NCBI GenBank assembly: GCA_030867685.1
Contig: JAQOWU010000008.1
Coordinates: 3,658,001 to 3,722,000, forward strand
Origin: Wickerhamiella versatilis
Taxonomy: Eukaryota
Reading direction: 5' to 3'
DNA length: 64,000 nucleotides
Made by a program: the position numbers and the translations under genes. This document shows positions 30,759 to 40,825 of the stretch, piece after piece. A model generated the notes under the pieces. It did no database searches. It worked only from the letters and a program-made list of their open reading frames with translations, and was not told the origin of the DNA. Positions within the stretch are counted from its first letter, which is position 1, and every line of letters starts with the position of its first letter.

Positions 30759-31868
30759 ATGTCGGTGGCCAGTGCTGGTTCTTGGCGTGCTCTCATTCAG
30801 TCGGTGGCCTCTTTTCGTGGTGACTTGTCGAGCCTTACTGCACCACCCTTCATTCTTGCCCCGGCATCTCTGTTGGAATATTCGCGATATTGGTTTCCGG
30901 GTGTTGATGATTTCACTGCACCCGAAAAGATAGAGGATCCTGAACAGCGTTTTCTTGCCGTTTTGCACTTGTTTTTGGGCCTGATGAAAGGTCAGTACAC
31001 TCAGCGTAATATTGGTGGGGGGTTTGAGAAAAAGCCTCTAAACCCATTCTTAGGCGAACTGTTCGTTGGTACCTTTGATGATGGTAAAGCAAAAATACAG
31101 GCTGAGCAGGTAAGCCATCATCCACCAATCTATGCCTACCGGCTCACCTGTGCTGATAGCACGGTGGAACAGGAAGGGTTCGTGGGTATCAAGGCATGGT
31201 TCTCAACTTCGATCTGTGTCAAGCAAGAGGGGCACACCGTCTACAAGTTACCCAAATTTGGCGAGGAATACGTGGAGACCCTTCCAAGTCTCCATCTGGA
31301 GGGTTTCCTATCCGGAAGTCCATATATCGAGCTAGATGGCGGCTCATCAATTGTAGGATCCAACGGCTACAGGTGTGACCTTCAGTACAGTGGTGCGGGA
31401 TACTTTAGAGGTAAAAGTCATACGCTCGCTGGAACGATAAAGAAGGACGATCAGGTCCTCTATACGCTTTCTGGCCAGTGGAATGAACGGCTATTCATAA
31501 AGAACGAACAGACGGGTAAGGTTGATGTGTTCATTGAACACCAGCCTGATGCACCAGTACCAGCTATGCATGTGCGTCCAGTTGAAGAACAGCATCCCCT
31601 TGAAAGCCAGAAGGCCTGGATTAAGGTAATCGAGGCGATTCGGAAAAACGATACTGAAGCAACGTGGCGGGAAAAGTCGGCTATAGAAGATGCCCAGCGG
31701 CAGCTTCGTCGCGAGGAAGCGGAGAAGAATATTGAGTGGACCCGCCGCTGGTTCGATTCCGTCCCTTCAGAGGAGGATCCCCTCGTCTCCACTCTAAAGG
31801 TTGATGCACCCCCTACTGTATGGAGATGGTCCAGTGAGAAGTTTAGCAAGGATAAGGACTTCCATTGA
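30759..31868 (+). CDS. KES1: Oxysterol-binding protein (Kes1/Osh4 family)
   Basis: GDLSSLTAPPFIL, EKKPLNPFLGELF, EQVSHHPP. Confidence 0.9.
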   Translation: MSVASAGSWRALIQSVASFRGDLSSLTAPPFILAPASLLEYSRYWFPGVDDFTAPEKIEDPEQRFLAVLHLFLGLMKGQYTQRNIGGGFEKKPLNPFLGELFVGTFDDGKAKIQAEQVSHHPPIYAYRLTCADSTVEQEGFVGIKAWFSTSICVKQEGHTVYKLPKFGEEYVETLPSLHLEGFLSGSPYIELDGGSSIVGSNGYRCDLQYSGAGYFRGKSHTLAGTIKKDDQVLYTLSGQWNERLFIKNEQTGKVDVFIEHQPDAPVPAMHVRPVEEQHPLESQKAWIKVIEAIRKNDTEATWREKSAIEDAQRQLRREEAEKNIEWTRRWFDSVPSEEDPLVSTLKVDAPPTVWRWSSEKFSKDKDFH

Positions 31869-32687
31869 GCCATGCTGCCAATGCCACAGCGGCACACAGT
31901 TGATGTAACGTTTGATAACCTATTGTTACAGAACATATAAATATAGTCCTCCTAAATTCACCTCTAGTTATACAAAATTGCGTCTAGAACCGAGGCTGGC
32001 TCATCATCGAAAGATCCACTAAGCCCATACTATTGCATGCCACCTGCCGAGCCTATTGTATTAACAACATTCGAAGGAACACCATCTATGATGATCCTAG
32101 CCCTGATGTGTAAGCCGCAAATAGGTTGGTTGCTAAGAAGCCAGAGAGGAGGAGAAAGGTAGGGGCCCATGCTGGCAACTAATCGAGGTCACTGAAGGGG
32201 AACCCCTATCACATTATGGGCCTATCATCACAATTACCCAATTTCTGAAATATGTATCGATCCTAAATATCATCTAGCAACTACAGCAGCCCCAATGCCC
32301 CGGGGTCTCTGCGTGCAATAACCTGGCGGGGACGGTCCAATACAGGGTTAGGGTGATTAACAAGTAGTTCAGCGCCCCAAGTAAAAACAACATCATATCT
32401 ATGGCCGTACCCCCTGTAGTGCCACTGCTGAAGGGCTCTTTTTAAACATTAACTCGTGGAATAATAATATGATGAAATCCGTGTCAAATTGACGTATACC
32501 AAGGGTGCATTATCCTCTCTATAGTCTATCCCTCACATTCGTATCGCTTACTAGCCGGGTGTATTATATAATATAGTGTACTAAGTGATACTTAATCGTA
32601 CTTGTAAGGCCTTCTCACCTACTCTCAGTACGTCAACGAGAGCGTGTAATTGGCAACCAAGAGTTTTCATTAACCACCAAGAAAGAT

Positions 32688-33197
32688 ATGCCTAAGGAAC
32701 CGTCTTCCCGTACCCCTCGTGCTGCGACGAAAAAGAAGACTAAGGACCCAAATGCCCCGAAGCGCCCCATGACGGCGTACATGTGGTACGCAACTGAGCA
32801 CCGCGAGGAAGTTCGTAAAGCTCATCCTGATGCAAAATTTGGTGATGTTGGGAAGCTTATAGGTGAACAGTGGCGGTCTCTTTCGGAAAAAGACAAGGAA
32901 AAGTATGGAGAGAGGGCTGCTAAAGACAAGGAGCGCTATGAGGGAGAGAAGGCTCAATACCAGAAAGGTGAGTTCAAGAAGGAGGATAAGCCCGAGGCTA
33001 AGCCCAGCAAGAGCAAGAGCAAGCCCAAGGATGATGACGAGGACAAAAAAGAGGAGGCCCTCAAGGATGAAACTGAGGAGCCCGAGCAACCCGAGCAGCC
33101 TGAGCAGCCTGAGAAGTCTGAGAAGTCTGAGAAGCCTGAGAAGTCTGAGGATGCCGAGGATGCCGAGGAAGATGATAGTGAAGAAGATGAAGAGTAG
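32688..33197 (+). CDS. NHP6: HMG-box protein, Nhp6-like, with long acidic tail
   Basis: KDPNAPKR..TAYM, FGDVGKLIGEQW, DKERYE.EK. Confidence 0.85.
   Translation: MPKEPSSRTPRAATKKKTKDPNAPKRPMTAYMWYATEHREEVRKAHPDAKFGDVGKLIGEQWRSLSEKDKEKYGERAAKDKERYEGEKAQYQKGEFKKEDKPEAKPSKSKSKPKDDDEDKKEEALKDETEEPEQPEQPEQPEKSEKSEKPEKSEDAEDAEEDDSEEDEE
33081..33170 (+). repeat. Degenerate 9-bp coding tandem repeat, 10 units (PEQ/PEK/SEK/SED/AED)
   Basis: CCCGAGCAA CCCGAGCAG CCTGAGCAG CCTGAGAAG TCTGAGAAG TCTGAGAAG CCTGAGAAG TCTGAGGAT GCCGAGGAT GCCGAGGAA. Confidence 0.9.
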
Positions 33198-33259
33198 AAT
33201 TATAGCCCTAGATCTTGTAATTTAGAAATCTCGTGATTTAACCCCATTAATTACCAGCC

Positions 33260-34591
33260 TTAGCCTACCTTGGCATAAAACAACAGGTAGACGCTTGATT
33301 TTTGACTTAAAACTTGCGATAGCGATATTTCATTAACCTTTTGGTCGCTCACAGACCAAAAGGGATATTTCGGGGGCTTATTTTTGGAAATCGGTAGCGT
33401 TGATATGGACCCTGCCTTGGGACTCACGGTCGAGACATCGACCGATGGAATTTGCACTTGTGGGAACGGGAGCGAATCTCTTCCTTGGCTTGGTATACTT
33501 TCTTCGGACAGTTCGCGGGACCCCGAATGCGTGTCTGTAGGCTGTGCCTCACCCGTCTCATGCATGACCGGTCTAACATATTTCCAAATGTCTTGATCCT
33601 TCCGGCGAAGGCACTCATAGTGACCCTGGTAGTGAGTGCCGCTGTGTTTTACCAAAGCCTGAAGTTTATATTTACCCATTGCAAAGTTCAAATATTCTTT
33701 AATGCCCACCTGGCATGAATTGCGAGCAGCACCGTTATACCCAAATATCGACCTCGACAAATGTATGCAGAGTATGTCTGGAAGAGACTTTAGTCTTGCC
33801 TGCTTCTTGATCGTACTGTATATGCGAGGTAAGCCGCTTTCAACGTCTTCGCTCACTTTGTCCGGATCAATGTCCGTGATCCCTGCCGCCCGCAGACGGC
33901 ATTGAACGCAAGCATAATCTTGAATGACCTCTGCTTCTGGACACAATAATGATTCGACTCCAATACGATTTACTTGGGGTACATTCAAGGACATGACAAG
34001 AAAAGAGGAGGACCGCGTAGTGACATAGCCACACGACTGACACTCAATTACATCTTGAGACTGACCCCCACTAAATGGGAACTTAGGCACCGACTTACGG
34101 TCCTTGGCCCTCTCATATTCGGTCTCCAGGGTTTCCAAGATCAAATGGAGCAATTCATGGGCATCATTCTGTCTTCGAGAAATGCGGCAATTATGAATCC
34201 TTTCGAGTACATGCAAACAAGGCCAAGGTGACAGCGACTTTGGCGATTTTATTGGCTCATTCAGTGCTGTGAGAAGATCAAGAAGGGCCAAAGACAAGGG
34301 CACTAGACTCTGGTCCGATACAGGGAGAACAAAATACAGCTGTAGTAGATAGGTATATAGCCACGGTAATGCTGCAAGACTCTGGAAAATAGAATTTGCG
34401 AAGCAGTCGAATGCAGGATTGATAAGTCCCACCGTATATTTGCCTGGCCTGGCTAACCGCTGAGAACGGAACAGCATTTTGCCCACCCCAAAGGGTAATG
34501 ATTCACGTAAGTACTCACGAATCGATGGCCAACTGACGTACACAAGTAGTCCTCCTGCTGTGTACCCGGCTATCGCCCACCGGCTGACCAT
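33260..34591 (-). CDS. UBP16: Membrane-anchored ubiquitin-specific protease (Ubp16/USP30-like)
   Basis: N-terminal transmembrane segment; Cys box GLINPAFDCFANS; QNDAHE; His box HSGTHYQGHY. Confidence 0.8.
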   Translation of the reverse strand: MVSRWAIAGYTAGGLLVYVSWPSIREYLRESLPFGVGKMLFRSQRLARPGKYTVGLINPAFDCFANSIFQSLAALPWLYTYLLQLYFVLPVSDQSLVPLSLALLDLLTALNEPIKSPKSLSPWPCLHVLERIHNCRISRRQNDAHELLHLILETLETEYERAKDRKSVPKFPFSGGQSQDVIECQSCGYVTTRSSSFLVMSLNVPQVNRIGVESLLCPEAEVIQDYACVQCRLRAAGITDIDPDKVSEDVESGLPRIYSTIKKQARLKSLPDILCIHLSRSIFGYNGAARNSCQVGIKEYLNFAMGKYKLQALVKHSGTHYQGHYECLRRKDQDIWKYVRPVMHETGEAQPTDTHSGSRELSEESIPSQGRDSLPFPQVQIPSVDVSTVSPKAGSISTLPISKNKPPKYPFWSVSDQKVNEISLSQVLSQKSSVYLLFYAKVG

Positions 34592-34944
34592 ATACACCTT
34601 AAACCCTCACGTAATAAGAAGGTTGCCTGGTAAAGGATAAGCTGCTATATTGCACTACTGTCAGTAATTAGAAGAAATGGTATGCGCCAAGATAATGGAA
34701 AACAAGGCACAGAAAAATATTTACAACCTGATTTCGAGAACGCATATCTATCACAAGTCCGTAAGTCACTAAACTCGACTATTTATTTAACTGTTTGAAA
34801 TCTATACAGAAATCTATGCAGTGCTATCGACTAGAATCCTACATATAGACATCACCGATAATGGTCAAAAGTGCCACTTGATGAGTAATTGATTACGGTT
34901 GCACTAGATCTTTTGTTGTCCTCGTTGCAAGACTAACTAAAAGG

Positions 34945-35358
34945 ATGCCGAGCAGCAGAAACCTTGTGCTTCCTCCCACTAGACCACCAACCAGACCAAC
35001 GACGGGTGATTCGCCGCCGCTCAAGGCCTTAAGGATCAACCTGCCCCCCGGCAGGTCACAACTTGATTGGGCCAGACTAGAAAAGAGTGGGCAAAATCTT
35101 CGTGGTATAGAGGATTGCGGCATTATTCGCATAACGAAGAATGAACTTTTTAAACACAATACACATGACGACTGTTGGATTGCATTGCGAGGGCGGGTCT
35201 ATAACATCACAGCTTACCTCGAGTTCCACCCGGGTGGGGTCGACGTTTTAATGGAGTATGCTGGGAAGGAAGCTACCGCAGCCTTTCTTCAAATTCATCC
35301 ATGGGTAAATAGTGAACACATGTTACAGGCCTGCTTTATCGGCTTTTTGATTCGCTAG
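34945..35358 (+). CDS. IRC21: Cytochrome b5-like heme-binding protein (Irc21-like)
   Basis: PGRSQLDW, DCWI...VYNIT.YLEFHPGG, HPWVN. Confidence 0.85.
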   Translation: MPSSRNLVLPPTRPPTRPTTGDSPPLKALRINLPPGRSQLDWARLEKSGQNLRGIEDCGIIRITKNELFKHNTHDDCWIALRGRVYNITAYLEFHPGGVDVLMEYAGKEATAAFLQIHPWVNSEHMLQACFIGFLIR

Positions 35359-35534
35359 CATAATATAAACATAGAGTTACGAAAGTTAGAATAATGATTT
35401 TTTTTTCTCCATTATATTTTTTCTTGTTATTTTATGACAATAAGTCTGTTTAGACGGGCAATGGCTATGGCAGTTGTGTGCCCCAGACTAGTAGATACGC
35501 TGACGTAAAGTGAAAAAAGAAACTACGACTATCA

Positions 35535-37232
35535 ATGTCAGAGCCGAGAAAAGAGCGAGCTGCTCGACCTCGTCGGCGAGGGGGTGGCCGTCCTCGGGAT
35601 ACTAGGCCACCAAAAGGGTCTGATAATGATATACAGGCTAACATTAATCCGAAAGTTGCGCTAAAGGAGCTATTCCCTGACTGGGGGGATGACGATCTCG
35701 AGACAGTTCTGGCAGATTCACAAGGAGAACTGGACGAGGCGGTCCAGCGTATAACCGATGGCCGTGCCCAACAGTGGGGACGAGTTACCACCCGTAAGCA
35801 AAGAAAAGAAGAGCAGAGTTCTGCTGCGGCACCAGATGTACCTGCGAAAGATCACTCGAAACGAGACCATGACCAGGAACGTCGACAAAAGCCTAAGAAG
35901 AAGGTTGTGGCAAATGGCGCTCCGAAAAATCTTCCGAATACTACGTCCGCTCCGAAGCAAGTACCTCCTTCAGGGCCAGCACCAAAACCGGCACCCACCA
36001 CCAGCGTTCCAAAACCGTCACAGAAGCCATCTGCTGGAGGTAGTATGTCATGGGCAGAGATGCTCTCTCGTCCAAAGGTGCCAGAGCCAGAAGTTGAACA
36101 ATATCCTGCACCAGAAAAAGCTGCCCCCGCTGTAGCTGACGAGCCTATTTACGAACAAAAGCAACCGGAGGTGCAACCTGTACAACCTTCGCAACCCACA
36201 AAACCTGCACAGCCTCCCACGAATCCGAAGGGCCATACTGAGGAGCCAAAGAAGTCTAGCGTTCCCAATGGAGCCGTATCATGGGTGGCAGCACTATCTG
36301 CACAAAAGCAAAATAAGCCTGCAGAGAAAAAGGAGGAAGCAGAGCCAGTTGTAAATGCTGCTAAATCTGCTCCTTCGGAGATCCAGTCTTTGGAAAATGC
36401 ATCAAGTGAGAATGAGGGGACAAAGAACAGGCGCCGCCGTGGTGGGCAGCGTCAGAAAAAGCCTATAGAGCCGGAAAATCAGAACGGAGATATTGAAACT
36501 GAACAAGTTAATATCCAGTTTGGTTCGTTCGGTTTATCAGAAGAAACACCGCACCCTGCTGTTGGTGGACCCGTTGAGATCAAGACACAGCCAAGGATTC
36601 CAGAAGTTCCTGTAGGACCTCGGGGTAGTTCTATTAGAAGGTCTCAGGTCTCAGGTAAGATTCCCACAGCCCCCGCGGTACCACCATCAATTGTCCCTCA
36701 AGTACCCCAAGTACCGCCTGCTGTACCGCCTGCCGTGCCTCAAGTTCCGCTGGCCTCCTTTTCACATCCTACTCCCCATGCTGACCCGGCTACAACTGCC
36801 GAATCAGTACCGCAGGCATCCTATGGGGAGGTCCCATTCGAGGCACCTTCGCCATATGGTTATGGTATGGGATATCCTCCCCGTTATAATTATGGCGAAT
36901 ACGGTGGATACGATCTAGCAGCACAGCAGTTTTATTATCCAGCACAAATCCCTCAGGTGCCGCAAGCACCAGCTGCCGGTGCGAAGTCTGGCTCGAGTAC
37001 CACCTCACCAATGCCGTTTGCTCATCCTGCCCCTTACTTTATGGCCCCATCAGCATACTATTATGGGTATCCCGGTTATGGAAATGGTATGATGCTACCT
37101 GCACAGGCACAATCTCCGGCTCCTGGCCACCCACAACAGCAGCCTATCCCACAGGCACAAGCACAGGCTCCAGGTCATGGCCAGGGACAACCGAACAAAA
37201 ACTCACCATATTTTTGGCAATATGGGCAATAG
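35535..37232 (+). CDS. DEF1: RNA Pol II degradation factor Def1-like (CUE domain plus P/Q/Y-rich low-complexity region)
   Basis: LKELFPDW.DDDL..VL....G.LD.AV.RITDG.A.QW. Confidence 0.8.
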   Translation: MSEPRKERAARPRRRGGGRPRDTRPPKGSDNDIQANINPKVALKELFPDWGDDDLETVLADSQGELDEAVQRITDGRAQQWGRVTTRKQRKEEQSSAAAPDVPAKDHSKRDHDQERRQKPKKKVVANGAPKNLPNTTSAPKQVPPSGPAPKPAPTTSVPKPSQKPSAGGSMSWAEMLSRPKVPEPEVEQYPAPEKAAPAVADEPIYEQKQPEVQPVQPSQPTKPAQPPTNPKGHTEEPKKSSVPNGAVSWVAALSAQKQNKPAEKKEEAEPVVNAAKSAPSEIQSLENASSENEGTKNRRRRGGQRQKKPIEPENQNGDIETEQVNIQFGSFGLSEETPHPAVGGPVEIKTQPRIPEVPVGPRGSSIRRSQVSGKIPTAPAVPPSIVPQVPQVPPAVPPAVPQVPLASFSHPTPHADPATTAESVPQASYGEVPFEAPSPYGYGMGYPPRYNYGEYGGYDLAAQQFYYPAQIPQVPQAPAAGAKSGSSTTSPMPFAHPAPYFMAPSAYYYGYPGYGNGMMLPAQAQSPAPGHPQQQPIPQAQAQAPGHGQGQPNKNSPYFWQYGQ

Positions 37233-37291
37233 AGGATGTACATTCGAAGGTTTAATCTAAGTTTTATAGAAAATAAGCCTAGGCTAATACC

Positions 37292-38605
37292 TCAAGCCTG
37301 AGGATCATGCACAACGCCTACTCTTTCCTTAGCAAGTACATCAACGAAAAGCGGGGACATGGGTGTATCAGGAATACCACGTTCACGCTTCGATTCTTTG
37401 TATGCACGCACGTTGTCCAAGTATTTATCGAAAAGGAAAGCGCTGTCTAGAGGGCCACCCTTAGCCTCTGGATGAAATTGAGTCGAAAAAATCGGCCTCG
37501 ACTCGTGATAAATACCTTCATTACTCTGGTCGTTCAGATTGATGAAATAAGGCTTCCAGTTAGATGGCAACGTGTTTACATCCACTGCATAGCCGTGATT
37601 TTGAGATGTGATGTGACAAAGTCCGCTCTGTAAGTCTAAAGCCGGGATGTTATGAGCACGGTTACCGTACTTCAACTTGACTGTTCGGGCACCCGCCGCT
37701 AGTGCAAGTAGCTGATGGCCAAGACAGATACCAAAAATAGGCCCGTCGTAAGTGTCCATCGTTTCACGCAGATTCTCCACAGTTGACAGGCAGTGAGTAG
37801 GGTCGCCGGGTCCATTAGACAGGAATATGCCGTCAAAATGGTGCGCTATCTTCTGGATGGGATAATCATAGGGGAACACCGTAATAGCAGCCCCTCGTGT
37901 TACAAGAGAGCGGAATATATTTTCCTTACATCCGCAATCAATTACAGCGAGATGTATTCCTTCAGGATTTTGTGAAGGGCTAACATGGAATGGTGCTTTA
38001 GTGCTTACCTTGTGTACCAAGTTGATCGATTCAGGATCGACAAAAGCATCGTCCTCATCGGCATCGTATTCCTCTCCAATAGTCACTCTTGCCAGACTTG
38101 AGCCCCTCTCACGCAAAAATTGTACAATTGAACGCGTGTCCACATCAGTTATTGCTGCAACTCCCTCTCTCTTGCACCAGTCTCCAAGAGACTCAACAGC
38201 AGTCCAGTGCGAATATTCCATCGCAGCGTCACTAACCACGATTCCCTTACATTGAATATCTGGGCTTTCAAAATACTTTAACAAGTTGAAACTATCACGC
38301 GCTTCACCACTCGGTACACCATAATTGCCAATTAGGGGTTGAGTGAACACAAGGATTTGTCCACGATAAGATGGATCTGTCATAGACTCCGGATATCCTA
38401 CCATACCTGTGGTGAATACAGCCTCTCCGCTGATATTTGTGTTGGCACCAAATGATTTACCGTGGAATACAGGACCATCCCTGATTGTGAGGGTAGCACG
38501 GTCTAATCCTGTACTAGTAGACGCAAATCTGCGAAATGCTTGCCGAGATTTCCATAAGGTTGTTGCAAGGTAATCTTGCGAAATTCTGGTGCTAAAGAAT
38601 CTCAT
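37292..38605 (-). CDS. CPA1: Arginine-specific carbamoyl-phosphate synthetase small subunit with presequence and in-frame AAP-like N-terminus
   Basis: [46 protein letters not shown]. Confidence 0.96.
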   Translation of the reverse strand: MRFFSTRISQDYLATTLWKSRQAFRRFASTSTGLDRATLTIRDGPVFHGKSFGANTNISGEAVFTTGMVGYPESMTDPSYRGQILVFTQPLIGNYGVPSGEARDSFNLLKYFESPDIQCKGIVVSDAAMEYSHWTAVESLGDWCKREGVAAITDVDTRSIVQFLRERGSSLARVTIGEEYDADEDDAFVDPESINLVHKVSTKAPFHVSPSQNPEGIHLAVIDCGCKENIFRSLVTRGAAITVFPYDYPIQKIAHHFDGIFLSNGPGDPTHCLSTVENLRETMDTYDGPIFGICLGHQLLALAAGARTVKLKYGNRAHNIPALDLQSGLCHITSQNHGYAVDVNTLPSNWKPYFINLNDQSNEGIYHESRPIFSTQFHPEAKGGPLDSAFLFDKYLDNVRAYKESKRERGIPDTPMSPLFVDVLAKERVGVVHDPQA

Positions 38606-38892
38606 GATAGGAAGGTTATGTTTTGAGCAAAAAATTCAAGCCAGAGCCAATTAGTCAAAGGACAAGTGAAGATAACCCTAGCCTTTATCTCGACAAGGCA
38701 GTCAAGAAAACAATTAATTCACTGGTGATCAGGAAAAAAATTTTGTGGAAACCAATATTTCTTTTTTCTTTCCCGTGTTTCGTCCTGCTTTGCAATCCGC
38801 TGTCGGCATAGGGCATCCGTAATAATAATAATAATAGCTAGTTGAGCTATTGAACCGTTCCGCCAATTAAGAACCGATTATCACTCAAGACT

Positions 38893-38910
38893 TGACTCAT
38901 TATATGACTC
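38893..38910. promoter_or_regulatory. Tandem Gcn4-type sites upstream of CPA1
   Basis: TGACTCA at 38893 and TGACTC at 38905, about 290 bp upstream of an amino-acid biosynthesis gene. Confidence 0.6.
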
Positions 38911-39602
38911 TTCTCAATGGGATACAGCAATGCCGATCAAAGTACTAGTGATTTAAGGCGCTCTAGGACCCACTTCAAAGAGGATGCAAATACAGAATCC
39001 AAATAGAAAAAGACTCGCATTCGGAGAAATTAAGCCTTATAACAAAGGAGAAAATCCTATTCTTGTAGCAGTTTTAGACATTCGCAATTCAAGTGCCATA
39101 TATCTACTACAGGTCTTTATAGTCATACAAAAAATCTTTGGTGTTCTCTTCAAGGCTCAAACTTAATATCATCGATAATCCTCTCTAAACTTGGACAGTT
39201 AGAAAGAGTTTGTAATTTATTAGGCTTCACAACTCGTTAACCAATGCACTAAACAACCTAGAGCTTTTCGAAAGATAACTTTAGTCCAAGGCTAGCTGGT
39301 AAGTATGTTTTCTTAAACAAGACTAAGAACCAAGCGAGAAAGTTTCAAGTTTTAATGTACATGTTGACAGTAGAGTGCTTAATATATAGAAGGCTTCAGT
39401 GTTAGTAGGATCAGTGTAACTATGACATTAAAAAGATCATCGCGGCTAATGTTCAATACGAACACCTTGAATACCGCTGGGGTAAACGATTTATGTTGTC
39501 CTCATCTCCAACTTACCGATTATTGCAAACAAGCAGATTTCTTCGTCTTAGTAAGTTTGTGTGAGTTTGGTTCATACCAAGAGAAAAATTTAAAAAAACC
39601 GT

Positions 39603-40616
39603 ATGAGAGATGTAAAAAATCACCCGCTCAAGGTCTTTGCCCGAGCTAAATCCCAGGGAAAACCCGTACTCGTGAGTGGTCCCATGGTTAGATACTCAAA
39701 GCTCCCATTTCGACAGACCGTTAGAGAATTCAGCCCTGAGGCCCTTGTCTATTCACCTATGATGCTAGCAAGGGAATTTGTTCGAAATAGCAGAGCCCGC
39801 GACTCAGACTTTAGCACTTTGCCAGATGACTCTCCCTTGATCATTCAATTTGGGACAAATAGTGAGATTGACATAAAAAGAGCAGCTAAGTTGGTGGCCC
39901 CTTATTGCGATGGTATTAGCATCAATTGTGGTTGCCCTATAAAGGAACAGACTCGTGAAGGAATTGGTGCAGCACTTATGGCAGACCCTTATAAAGTGGC
40001 GCGACTTGTGAATGCGGTGAAGCAAGAGCTCGGTAGTGATTTTTGCGTCGAGGTTAAAATTCGCATACACAGGGACGTTGAGGAGACTGTCAAATTTGCC
40101 CAGTTAGTGGAAGCTGCTGGTGCAGATTATATATCTGTGCATGGCAGGCTGAAGTCGGACAGGTCGAGTGTTCCTGTATGCCTTGAGGCCATCAAGTCCG
40201 TCAAGCTTGGTGTAACATGTCCTGTTGTTGCTAACGGCGATTACTTCACTCAGCAAGATCTTCGAGATATTGTAAAGGCTACTGGAGTGGACGGAGTCAT
40301 GTCTGCTCGAGGCATTCTGGCTAACCCTGCACTTTTCGCGGGATACAACAAGACACCTTTGCGAGCAATAGAACTCTTTCTTGATTTTGCTACCGCTGAT
40401 GGGCTTCCTTTCAAACTAATTCAGCACCATATCTCTGAAATGACCTCAAATGTGTTGACCAAAGCCGGTCGAAAAGAACTCAATGACTGTAGAAGTTTCC
40501 CTGTGTTACTCAATTGGCTTGATAATAACTTTGATCTGAAACGTCGGAAAGAAACAGGTTTCGCGACTCGAGATGAGTGGGTTCTTCGTCCAGGTTCAAA
40601 ATTGCATCTTCTCTAA
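39603..40616 (+). CDS. DUS4: tRNA dihydrouridine synthase Dus4
   Basis: GPMVRYSKLPFR, SPMMLAREF, INCGCP, VHGR, ANGD, GVMSARG. Confidence 0.92.
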   Translation: MRDVKNHPLKVFARAKSQGKPVLVSGPMVRYSKLPFRQTVREFSPEALVYSPMMLAREFVRNSRARDSDFSTLPDDSPLIIQFGTNSEIDIKRAAKLVAPYCDGISINCGCPIKEQTREGIGAALMADPYKVARLVNAVKQELGSDFCVEVKIRIHRDVEETVKFAQLVEAAGADYISVHGRLKSDRSSVPVCLEAIKSVKLGVTCPVVANGDYFTQQDLRDIVKATGVDGVMSARGILANPALFAGYNKTPLRAIELFLDFATADGLPFKLIQHHISEMTSNVLTKAGRKELNDCRSFPVLLNWLDNNFDLKRRKETGFATRDEWVLRPGSKLHLL

Positions 40617-40825
40617 TTCTAATAGATTCACACGATTTTAAGTAAAGTACATGCTCTAATGCCATACACCATATTTAAATTATATATTCTACCAGCTCCA
40701 AGTAAGATTTAAATTGCCGGATATGAGAGATTCCGACAATGTATCTGCAGAGACTCAGTCTGACGAACAACTACAATCAAGATTTGTCATAGCGATTTTT
40801 TTGTATACAAAAAAGCAGGCCTAAA

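Noticed and set aside
32088-32196. ATGATGA...CTGA box C/D snoRNA candidate upstream of NHP6
   Set aside because: No terminal stem and no guide I can confidently match to rRNA.
38623-39649. Short ORFs between CPA1 and DUS4, including candidate uORFs from ATGs at 38809 and 38816
   Set aside because: No AAP signature or other recognisable motif; likely promoter sequence.
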